DNA from: a virus
IMG/VR virus record: IMGVR_UViG_3300037509_000016
Location: 1-60,359 of that record
Direction: 5' to 3' (one strand)
Length of the DNA stretch: 60,359 nt
Shown: positions 55,001 to 60,359 of the stretch, piece by piece
Numbering within the stretch: the stretch's first letter is position 1
Layout of the letters: each line of letters opens with the position of its first letter
Notes under the pieces: model-generated
The model's input: only the letters and a program-made list of their open reading frames with translations
Told to the model about the DNA's origin: nothing
The model's database searches: none
Program-made: the position numbers and the translations under genes

Positions 55001-58000
55001 GGCTCGGAGTGGCTCGGGTTCGGCACCTCGCGCGGGTGGGTTGGGCTGAACATTGACACCATCTCGATTGGCAAGAGCCAGAAGTACAGCATCCTGCTCA
55101 ACCCCTGGCTGTTGCTGCAGGAGTCGGTCAACAAGGTCCGACGCGAGCACGGCTCGCTGTACGCCGCTCCGAAGGGTGAACTCGAGGGCGTGATCTCGCG
55201 GCGGATGGCTGCGGTCCTGACCCACGAAGTCATCCACAACTCGCCTGGCGGGCGGAACACCGACCATGGTGCCGCCTTCGCTGGTATCCAGACCCGAATG
55301 GGCGTGGAGCTCGCCACCCACCCCGACGTGATTGGCCCGATCCGCAAGGCTGTTCGTCAGATGCTGGCCGATCCCGTCAACCTCGACCAGGCGCTGGATT
55401 CGCGCAACGAGTGGGAGGGCTACGCCACGTCGCAGAACGCCCTTGGCAAGATCGGACTCGAGGAGAGGAGCAACGATGCCGAACCAGAAGGAGATCGAGG
55501 AGACGTTGGAGGGGTTCCTGCAGGCGTCGATGGACCCGCTGCAGCGCGGGGCGGCGGTGGCGTACCTCGAGGAGGCGTCGAACCGGGGGCTGGACCCGCA
55601 GGAGATGTGGGAGACGGTGCGACAGGGACGGACCGAGATTCCGCCGTACCTGGAGCTGGTACGGAACGCCCCGAGAGGGACGACCCTTTCCATTCCCGAC
55701 TCCGACGAGCGATCAGCGGAGTCAGAGAGTCGTCCTTCCCCGCAAATATCCTCCTCCGACGACTCGAGAGTGGCTCCCTCCCAAGCCCCTTCAGTCGAGC
55801 CGAAGTCGTCTGGACCGGGCTCGACGACTACCTCCGAAGCAGAGGGACCGACACTCTCCGAAAGGATGACCTCCTTGCCTGGCTCGACGACCACGCCATC
55901 CGAGTCGAGGAGACCGTCCTCGAAGACCGCGACGAGCAGGACGAAGACCCCGACACCGGCCCGACCGAGCTAACGGAAGCTGCCGACCGTCTGCGGACCT
56001 ACCTCGAAGAGAACATGGAGAGCATTCTCGCTGACACCTGGCTCGCGCCCGATGCCCGCTCGCGGCTTGAGCGGATCATCGACGATGCCATGTACGCCGA
56101 CAACGTCGATCTGCCCACCGTACTTCGCAATGGGTCCGCAACCCTGCGCCTGGTCGAGAACAACGAGCTTCATGACTGGCTGGACGCCTTCGAATTGGTC
56201 GATACGCCCGAGAATCGTCCGCAGTACGGCGCGGGCAGGGCGATCTACGGCCCCGAAGGGCAGCACGGCCCGGAGCTGGTCGAGCCCGGCGGGCGCAACT
56301 ACCGCGAGTTACTCCTGCGCCTGCCCCCGCTCTCGACACCTGAGGTCACCGAGCGGTACGACGCGATGCCGGGCGAGCCGTCCCAGATGAGCGAGTTCGG
56401 TCCCGACGATTACCAGTCAACCCACTGGCCCAACGACGCGAACGTCCTGGCTCACGTTCGATTCGACGAGCGGACCCGCGAGACACCGAACGGCGAGGAG
56501 CGGGTGCTGTTCATTCAGGAATTCCAGTCCGACTGGGCGCTCGACGTGCTCAAGAGCGGCGTGCGTGGCACCACCGACCCGATCACCCGCTTGCGTGCGA
56601 TGGGCTACACCGTCGAGTTTGACGGCGGTGGCGTCACCGTCACCGATCCCGCGACCAACCAGCGCCTGATCACCCCCGACGATATGGCGATGTTCGGGCA
56701 GGCCCGCTCGACCGAGATCGAGGCTCCGCCAGAGGTCGCGGCGCTGATCGCGGAAGCCTACGACATGACCGAGACGCGGGGTGGCGGAATGCCCCCGCCT
56801 GCTGGCCCATTCGTGGTCAACCCGACCAAGACCGGCGCGAGCGGCGACTGGATCGACCTCGGGGTCAAGCGGATGGTTCGGTGGGCGGTGGAGCACGGCT
56901 TCGACCGTCTCGCCTGGACGAGCGGCGAGCAACAGATCAACCGCTACCACCTCGAGACGATGGCTGACCGCCTGGATCTGGTCACCCGCCCAGACGGGAC
57001 CGAGCGCCTCGAGGTGTACCGCAACCGCACGTTCCAGAAGGCTATCCCGCTGAACCAGCCCGATGCTGAGGGTGAAGGTGGCTCGCTCGAGTCGATGGTT
57101 GGTCCCGAGATCGCAGCCCGTCTTCGGGCGCAGCCGCCGTCCGGTACCACTGGCACGACGCAGCCGCTTGAGTCGCAGACCCGCGTCCTGAACCTGACCG
57201 AACAGGTTGGCGTCGGTGGCCGCGGCAAGCGGAAGCTGTACGACGAGATGGTCCCGAGCGCGGTCAAGCGGGTGATGAAGAAGTTTGGCATCCGCGACCA
57301 GCCCATTGAGATGCCCTTCCCCGAGAGCGCGGGCGCGGGCATCAGCGGTGACGCCGACCTGAACCATGTCGTTATGGACCCGAACAACACCATCTACGAC
57401 GCCTTCTCGACGCTCGGAGAAGCTGAGCGAGTTGCCGCCGACGCCGGACCTGGCTACTACGTGGCCTCGACCGACCGAGTCAAGCAGGAGCAAGTTCACT
57501 CGGTTCCGATCACCGATGAGGTGCGCGAGTCCGTGCTCGGCAAGGGCTGGCCGCTGATGGGCATCGTCGGCGGGATTGGGATTGAGAACCAGCAGTTCCT
57601 ACGCGACACCATCGGGGCTGGTGGCGACGACGAAGAAGACCCCGAGACCTTCAGCGGGATGGGCGCGGTCGCGGGGATGGCGCTCTTCAGCGGACGGAAG
57701 GGCGGCGGCAAGTTTATGCGGGCCGCGATGCGCTCGCAGAAGGCCGCTGCTGGCGCACAGCGTCCCGCGCCGCCAGTCTTCGGTCAGCCAGAGGTAGCCG
57801 AAGAAGATCGCCCGCGCGGCGTCACGCCGCTCGACTGGATCAAGCAGGTGGGCTACTCGGGGATGATCGGCCCAACCGCCTTCGTGACCAACACCGCCGG
57901 CAACGCTATCGAGACGTTCTACAACCTGCCGAAGCAGTCGCTGCTGCTGGCGACTCGGACTGGCGAGGCTTCGACCCTGATCGCCCCGACAGCGGCAATC

Positions 58001-59560
58001 CCTGGCGCGGTGATCAGCGCCGGGGCCGAGTTCCTCCGTACCCTTGGGCGCGGCTCGACGCACGGCGGCAACGTCAACCAGGCGCTCTCAGACCGTCTGT
58101 CCAACCCCGTTGCCAAGGCTGCCGCCACGTTCCTCGAGGTGGGCGGGCGGCTGTTCACCGAAGCGCCCGACATGGCCCAACGCCGATTCGTCGATATCTG
58201 GGGCCGTGAGGTGGCCGCTGCCTACGCTGCCGCGGCGGAGGGCAACCGTGGGATGGCGCTGGTCGGGCGCGGGCGTGAGATCGCCCGCCAGTCACGCGAG
58301 GACAAGGACGACCCGAATGCGCTGCTGCGCGGCGTCCACTCCGATGAAGTCAACGCCGTGACGCAGCGGCTGACCGACCTGATGAGCTTCCGTGGTCCGA
58401 TGGGCTCGAAGGGCGAACAGGTCAAGAAGTTCCTGAATCCGACCAGCGACAAGGCATTCGATCAGGCCATCGGTATGGCGTTGCACCTGGCCGTGCCGTT
58501 CTTCGCCACGCTGTACCACCTTGGTGCTCGAGGGGCCGAGCGGACGCCAGGGCTCGGGGTCTTCGCTGCCACGCCCGCCGACGAGAAGGTCTACGACCAG
58601 CTGGTGGGCGGGCTGATCACCGCTGGCATCGTCGGGCTGGCGATGGGCGGGCTGCTGACGGGCAGCGGACCGGACGACCCAGAGAAGCAGCGGATGGAGG
58701 CCGCGCTCGGGCGCAAGAACAACTCGATCCTGCTGCCAATTCCTGGTATCGGGCCGACCTATGTCCCGAACGCCATGATGGGTGTCTGGGGGCCGCACCT
58801 GAACCTGGCCGGCGAGATCGCGGATGCCTTCCGATACAGCGAGGGCAAGCAGGCCGAGAATATGACCCTGACCCTGCTCGGGCGCGTCGGCAAGGTCGGG
58901 GCGGACCTGTACTATATGCGCGGTCTGACCGATATTGTCTCGACGCTGCTCAAGCCAGAACTCGAGCTCGAAAACTTCATCGCGGGCCAGTTCACCCGCC
59001 TCGAGCCCTACGCCGCGACCGGTCGCTCGGTTGCCCAGATCTCTGACCCCTACGAGCGCAGCACTGACCGCAAGGCCGGGCTCGGGGAGCGGATCAAGGG
59101 CGAGGTACAGCGGACCATCCCTGGTTGGGTGCCTGGCATCCCCAACCGCCAGAACCTCCGTCAGGCCACCGACGTGCTCGGCAACCCCGTACGGAACATC
59201 CGCCAGAACCTGCCGCCAGGTCTGCCGTCCATTGGTCGGCCACGGCGCGATCCAGTTATCGAGGAGTTCCGACGCTCTGGCATTGATATCGGGAACCCGC
59301 CGAAGTCGATCCAGATCGACATGGGCAGCGATCAGGCCGACGTTCCGCTGACCGAGCGTGAGGCCGACCTGTACAAGATGATCATGGGCGAGTACATCCA
59401 GGAGAACTTCTCGAGCGCATCCGACGGCTATGGCGACGACGAGATCCCCGAGCGGCTGCGCCGTCTCTCAACCCGAGCGCGGGCTGCCGCGGCCCGAGCG
59501 ATCAAGGAAAGCTGGACTGAGGAAGATGTGCGCCGGCGCACACTGGCAGGAGCGAGGTAA
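46001..59560 (+). CDS. Giant polyvalent virion-module protein (4,519 aa). Contains an SLT-like muramidase, a C39-like Cys peptidase, Gly-zipper/TM-like segments, a GHKL-type ATPase-like domain, a 4x PxGW repeat module, an HExxH metallopeptidase-like motif, conserved polyvalent-protein modules, and a hydrophobic C-terminal region.
   Basis: One uninterrupted ORF. IETYIRQAAEQRGIDPNIAVKVANTEGG (Glu codon 46601). WSECGPVAA...NKHYYILDGYD (Cys 47021, His 47264). EMVQNAVDA/DQGTGM/GGFGTAK (52421-52645). HEVIH (55223-55237). VLFIQEFQSDWA and VHSVPITDEVRESVL modules. Confidence 0.9.
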   Translation: MGVTIPRFLLEAGDSLDLGLDIRGAVESLNFGETRDRIVQDFQRTVVPNITSPFSGLSPGAELQQSSGPTPLSPAASPTPMRDDWSQPSSTPSGGTAAPILPSFAQRQEGFGGSPNSGFGPSDFDGGNFELSDTRQIAPQFYDEPEPAPTQTFGPPERDDYRKTAPDAQGGMSTDIETYIRQAAEQRGIDPNIAVKVANTEGGVTEAARRGTFSTGSSWWPFQLHYGGKGYEHLGDTAGMGNTFTERTGFAPGDPAAVYASIDYALDHAKNNGWGAWYGAKAIGITGKQGINDEPPQTSPAAGRPAPKPPGQLGPAGDYDSSDIEHINQVALASPTKWSECGPVAAVMAALRRGKAWTVEEAKNAAAAMDLWSADMGMRGLGAEVKLLNSMGMTAATGPAEERALIEDTTNGNTPIISTNKHYYILDGYDPATGKFDTVTTGPTMKGGKRWMSLDEIAAQGGGIQGAAFIDNPRTDKPSIVSDAYWEQGGPATRATAAEAVEPDPLTGEPPKHGLTVSPDERNEWQDLFNSFSSGIEAIDEQLAHGRDNVQKFVSEVGGGVGDLLGGAGAAVGGAADRLGTEFRDRLDQGAADVGGAAANVGSTFDQLGSGLRGGLDQAGEAIGGRFDELGTAARGRLDQDAADLGQATTSIGDTFSQAGTTVRNRLDQDVADLDRLGGDIQNLQTFAAQKSNELAGALNASSDTLATWVNDQAAAPLSIPDRAVAAAQETIRQLDTLVTQEAEKARTGTNPNERIAVEMFDTIGTHIRRAREAQAKGDTQGMVAETLKATVAASPRGMSAQIVTGVAGDAAAQFGGDTTNQRAARGGMVNVEPGEVDKTLDDATARSNALQRGLQNAKSGILEGLAIGGRALDPDGDSQFARFVENEADKTRTYLNEHPEILRRRGVGATGEEGNFGDAMIEALPAMAGTVIGGGLGVAATVLGTRRGGAAVGALGTVVGKAQLPILGVMAAGSARESMEDLVQDGKLSPEMADTLSGLAGVVEVATERLGVEQLVGAGATRIAARQAAEIAAQGVIKRGFGTVTRDTAQAAVAEGLEEVIAQEYGNAVRIIAGDERTDWGTGVVDAFLLGGTMGGVMSGAMGAAELGADRAGPAARAAVGAVDRGLTAATESPAMQRIVRPEGGTSLGMGAGALAGYTAGPRTSPEGETIDYQRSPDETPAGPAESAEMGRGPGGIPREAMREGPKGEAAKRAWQSVKGPVTRVLNQKAAQMRPQADPPIVKVGNEPPRRSTRLEPPEGFARPGELTRSSEADLPNREVFERVAKKFPEVRMVDGGYLLPNDKAARWELIDKLIRPNDRMPPGLENPEMEAFLGNLNRVREGIGTGETQPETMILAALLSMGSIKRAGSSATGAIQRISNIRGEPLAGEELAARVQPNIYPQAKGGGQERGILMRPEILWSMVAGDTTRPEMMKMLAGMTRAGQFSSEEAREAAVEQGVRQLYSEVSGPGSGFGGANNDVQNILGLNYMVKGEEIQSQTPGWTQTEGKRWTDLVDAVLKRGPYTGTTGEDARKKQVTRQLRLSPRGIGQVKTRFNQAMGGFPEYATLDTRMLRDVFGISPKVGSLSTDEYERLSERLWELEPNSKYLYGAQWLPWEFLTGERVNYDSLIGTYDRVNSFMRRANDMASRQKIPLDQAIDQLAATEQRVNLTLADPAQVEGRIGLSGDALRALPPGAGIGQVQKAVPELFRLIRDAGLEVVNRPSTATGGWMGEATTEVPDGRYVEGSLDLVLRGPKPALRWFAAASLFVSPGEQAVYVGYTGAGSTNQHAVGTFTIKGVDRAEQPDFVQRLLDVVPDGVTVRTGTVRTAKGDLIVEIGSQESAEVVQATLEKALVTLATAGYTVSDLAVTPAEVEFIARADAEAIVRGGPKGVSVNGPGTDVGGTAPNLLDATNGGGDRAPPGAVREDAGGSGAPAAAGTDLDRAGGTAAGGAAPGVTTAPTDTPAPPAGPPAGGAGRSLVDELRDTLRNEMGTIAGEIRTQLRQELLGGSAAAPAAAGRPNNDLRALPDETIQQFRTRLHQKYGVANTAEDYPRLLEEITEGERQELMRMRREIDDVLDAPPSGQPLPPTPAAPTGPQPRAARGASGSGTATIGFSPDFFLKEINSRYPDDKGAISVKEMVQNAVDATSAQIATGKTTDTPLTRILIDQRTREFGVWDQGTGMVSEVLENEFVKFGGSLKGDNARGGFGTAKIAILGNAEKIALVSVAERWTVTTPAGEYYAAATEQLAQAWLDKPENASVRRLNPTVQNEGVFVSVAHGNAEDYVNPEKGLTTRFARWEVRQELLDDMSIPLEVRDAIGGWRVQGETVPPVASAAEAEAPESRNLPTGWKIDRLLEANENDYGDWMNNVAGAQDTDWALFDQNGQVVTTDRAVGGRGRTRAQAESIFTDYFKGFGSATRQGQQFARAMAEKQKAQSRGPQPQPIRQANGLPRGWTVRQMRDLSPADQADMRSEGFVPDAWILRTGDGDAISSLPGEAARNAGEAAEQIRRRPGIATAIENELQVLAQEYKMPKGWRLAQLDNMAAEDRGAVFDYANNLLAMQPEDLDGRDWFLLDENNTVIFHGSFMPSEATAGARHREAAWANVIDSLDEIDDYHTEAADTLRDNYEGTRAEPESTEPVYTVPEDWTFARLSDLDENARREVQAQVEDPSFIDERDWYLLDHRNQLLWQVPWTAGMVSNPAATRESAWGYVLENLDALDADGRSGDEIRATAQTAAAPQQTPGPRQPADPNAPPQVGTYLGIQLRKDARFSAHPTSWDAAPYRKWIDGFLASSKLNDQRVEFYDNGGRIAAPTNPEDTADQKLTTLTVPGAQVDIWISKAYHSAPRLRVNYLNNGLPQTTGTVELNESTNVPKTIVVDVRSTVPAGSPNYPWSADRQRLVQDAATSVDVYLTREIAEAAKRAESKALHKALDSGYTVPRAQGKLLDTTAAIPVDVMNRWRQQPWMRLMMNGAARGHDALTKMTEGKPNEFDDSSFRGSEWLGFGTSRGWVGLNIDTISIGKSQKYSILLNPWLLLQESVNKVRREHGSLYAAPKGELEGVISRRMAAVLTHEVIHNSPGGRNTDHGAAFAGIQTRMGVELATHPDVIGPIRKAVRQMLADPVNLDQALDSRNEWEGYATSQNALGKIGLEERSNDAEPEGDRGDVGGVPAGVDGPAAARGGGGVPRGGVEPGAGPAGDVGDGATGTDRDSAVPGAGTERPERDDPFHSRLRRAISGVRESSFPANILLRRLESGSLPSPFSRAEVVWTGLDDYLRSRGTDTLRKDDLLAWLDDHAIRVEETVLEDRDEQDEDPDTGPTELTEAADRLRTYLEENMESILADTWLAPDARSRLERIIDDAMYADNVDLPTVLRNGSATLRLVENNELHDWLDAFELVDTPENRPQYGAGRAIYGPEGQHGPELVEPGGRNYRELLLRLPPLSTPEVTERYDAMPGEPSQMSEFGPDDYQSTHWPNDANVLAHVRFDERTRETPNGEERVLFIQEFQSDWALDVLKSGVRGTTDPITRLRAMGYTVEFDGGGVTVTDPATNQRLITPDDMAMFGQARSTEIEAPPEVAALIAEAYDMTETRGGGMPPPAGPFVVNPTKTGASGDWIDLGVKRMVRWAVEHGFDRLAWTSGEQQINRYHLETMADRLDLVTRPDGTERLEVYRNRTFQKAIPLNQPDAEGEGGSLESMVGPEIAARLRAQPPSGTTGTTQPLESQTRVLNLTEQVGVGGRGKRKLYDEMVPSAVKRVMKKFGIRDQPIEMPFPESAGAGISGDADLNHVVMDPNNTIYDAFSTLGEAERVAADAGPGYYVASTDRVKQEQVHSVPITDEVRESVLGKGWPLMGIVGGIGIENQQFLRDTIGAGGDDEEDPETFSGMGAVAGMALFSGRKGGGKFMRAAMRSQKAAAGAQRPAPPVFGQPEVAEEDRPRGVTPLDWIKQVGYSGMIGPTAFVTNTAGNAIETFYNLPKQSLLLATRTGEASTLIAPTAAIPGAVISAGAEFLRTLGRGSTHGGNVNQALSDRLSNPVAKAAATFLEVGGRLFTEAPDMAQRRFVDIWGREVAAAYAAAAEGNRGMALVGRGREIARQSREDKDDPNALLRGVHSDEVNAVTQRLTDLMSFRGPMGSKGEQVKKFLNPTSDKAFDQAIGMALHLAVPFFATLYHLGARGAERTPGLGVFAATPADEKVYDQLVGGLITAGIVGLAMGGLLTGSGPDDPEKQRMEAALGRKNNSILLPIPGIGPTYVPNAMMGVWGPHLNLAGEIADAFRYSEGKQAENMTLTLLGRVGKVGADLYYMRGLTDIVSTLLKPELELENFIAGQFTRLEPYAATGRSVAQISDPYERSTDRKAGLGERIKGEVQRTIPGWVPGIPNRQNLRQATDVLGNPVRNIRQNLPPGLPSIGRPRRDPVIEEFRRSGIDIGNPPKSIQIDMGSDQADVPLTEREADLYKMIMGEYIQENFSSASDGYGDDEIPERLRRLSTRARAAAARAIKESWTEEDVRRRTLAGAR

Positions 59561-59563
59561 GTC

Positions 59564-60359
59564 ATGGCCGCACGACGAGACCCCAAGGGGCTGTTCAAGG
59601 ATCCGGTGTCGCAGAACGACACCGATATCAACGGGCAGCGCGTCACCACCGACGACCAGAAGGGCAAGTACTACGCCCTGACCTACACCTTCAACGACGG
59701 CACCAAAGAGACGCGCGTCTACAAGTACGGCTCCGCTGGCGAAGACGGTCAGGATCAACTGGTCAACACCCGCAACCCTGGCATCGACCCCGAAGTCAAG
59801 AAGATGTGGGACGACGAGGTCAAGGCTGGCGGCTCGGGCCAGCCGACCAACGGCGTCATGTCGATCCAGGTCCAGAAGCCCGACGGCGTTCACATCTTCG
59901 GGTGGGATCCGGCGGCAAACGAGGGGCGGGGCGGCTACACCATCGACGAAGGGCTGGTAAAGGACAAGCCAGCCGCCGGCGGTGGTAACACTGCCATCCG
60001 TCAGGATCCTGATACGGGCAAGTGGTACGACGACACCGTCGATCCGGTCACCGGTCGGGTCACCTCGAAGCAGCGTGCCGCTCCGACCAACAAGATCGAG
60101 CCCGATCCGTCGGACCCGAACAAGTGGCGCGAGATCGACACCCAGACCGGCAAGGTGATCGCCACTGGCACCATCGGCAAGGCACCCACCCTCAAGTCGA
60201 AGGACGAGGTCAACCACACCACCAGCGATGGGCGCAAGGGGCGGCTCGTCACCATCACGATGAGCGATGGTACGACCCAGACCAACTTCGTCGAGGCCGA
60301 GAAGGGCAAGGTCGAGCGCGAGAAGACCGAGACCGACAAGGACGGCGTGACCTGGGTCA
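59564..60359 (+). CDS. 5' portion of the junction-spanning 664-aa virion-module protein; continues at 1..1326
   Basis: ATG after GGAGCGAGG, 4 nt past the giant gene's stop. I translated the frame by hand and found no stop up to the window end. The phase matches position 1. Confidence 0.7.
   Translation, partial: MAARRDPKGLFKDPVSQNDTDINGQRVTTDDQKGKYYALTYTFNDGTKETRVYKYGSAGEDGQDQLVNTRNPGIDPEVKKMWDDEVKAGGSGQPTNGVMSIQVQKPDGVHIFGWDPAANEGRGGYTIDEGLVKDKPAAGGGNTAIRQDPDTGKWYDDTVDPVTGRVTSKQRAAPTNKIEPDPSDPNKWREIDTQTGKVIATGTIGKAPTLKSKDEVNHTTSDGRKGRLVTITMSDGTTQTNFVEAEKGKVEREKTETDKDGVTWV
60233..60359. repeat. Right copy of the exact 127-bp terminal direct repeat
   Basis: Identical to 1..127. Confidence 0.95.

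Noticed and set aside
60233-60359. The 127-bp terminal repeat as a biological direct terminal repeat or att-like site.
   Set aside because: It lies inside a coding sequence that reads through the junction in phase, and its length equals a standard maximal assembler k-mer. Assembly overlap is the simpler explanation. A short true DTR cannot be fully excluded without reads.
1-60359. A lysogeny module (integrase, excisionase, repressor, attP), a CRISPR array, or tRNA/rRNA genes.
   Set aside because: No tyrosine or serine recombinase motifs, no regular repeat-spacer arrays and no RNA genes were seen. The HTH_17-type protein at 30465 lacks an integrase partner.

Overview
This window is a complete dsDNA tailed-phage genome, GC-rich by eye (roughly 65%). 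Positions 1-127 are identical to 60233-60359, so the contig closes on itself. The unique length is 60,232 bp, and one gene (59564 -> 1326) is cut by the arbitrary linearisation. About 85 protein genes are tightly packed, mostly with ATGA/GTGA/TGATG/TAATG start-stop overlaps, and all but one lie on the + strand. The long minus-strand ORFs in the track are GC-rich antisense shadows.

Modules:
- Late/virion block, 33642 -> wrap -> 17964: a possible DNA-binding or packaging protein, secreted SLT and 3D-domain muralytic proteins, a PD-(D/E)xK-like protein, TerL (37767), portal (40023), internal proteins, a papain-like peptidase, an HNH endonuclease, a 4,519-aa polyvalent protein (46001-59560), the junction-spanning gene, a Com-like zinc ribbon, scaffold (1613), major capsid (2621), a secreted sulfatase (5491), tail and fibre genes (6705-14947), and a holin/glycosidase/amidase lysis cassette (14974-17964).
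- Early/replication block, 18107-33325: an XRE regulator, an SSB-like protein, an HNH endonuclease, a wHTH initiator with ori-like iterons inside the gene, a DnaC-like loader, a SLOG protein, VRR-NUC, SWIM, many Cys-rich and small membrane ORFs, and a C5-cytosine methyltransferase locus.

I found no integrase, DNA polymerase, tRNA, CRISPR array, tape-measure gene or tail tube/sheath genes, so the phage is probably podovirus-like and lytic.

Most notable findings:
- The Dcm-type methyltransferase has its conserved motifs split across two fully overlapping 1.3-kb reading frames. Each frame has its own duplicated SD-ATG module, and a C5 run sits at each frame-switch point.
- The giant polyvalent virion protein.
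- A lambda-O-like origin inside the initiator gene.
- A signal-anchored sulfatase and a papain-like peptidase inside the structural module.

All functional calls come from motif recognition by eye. No searches were run.
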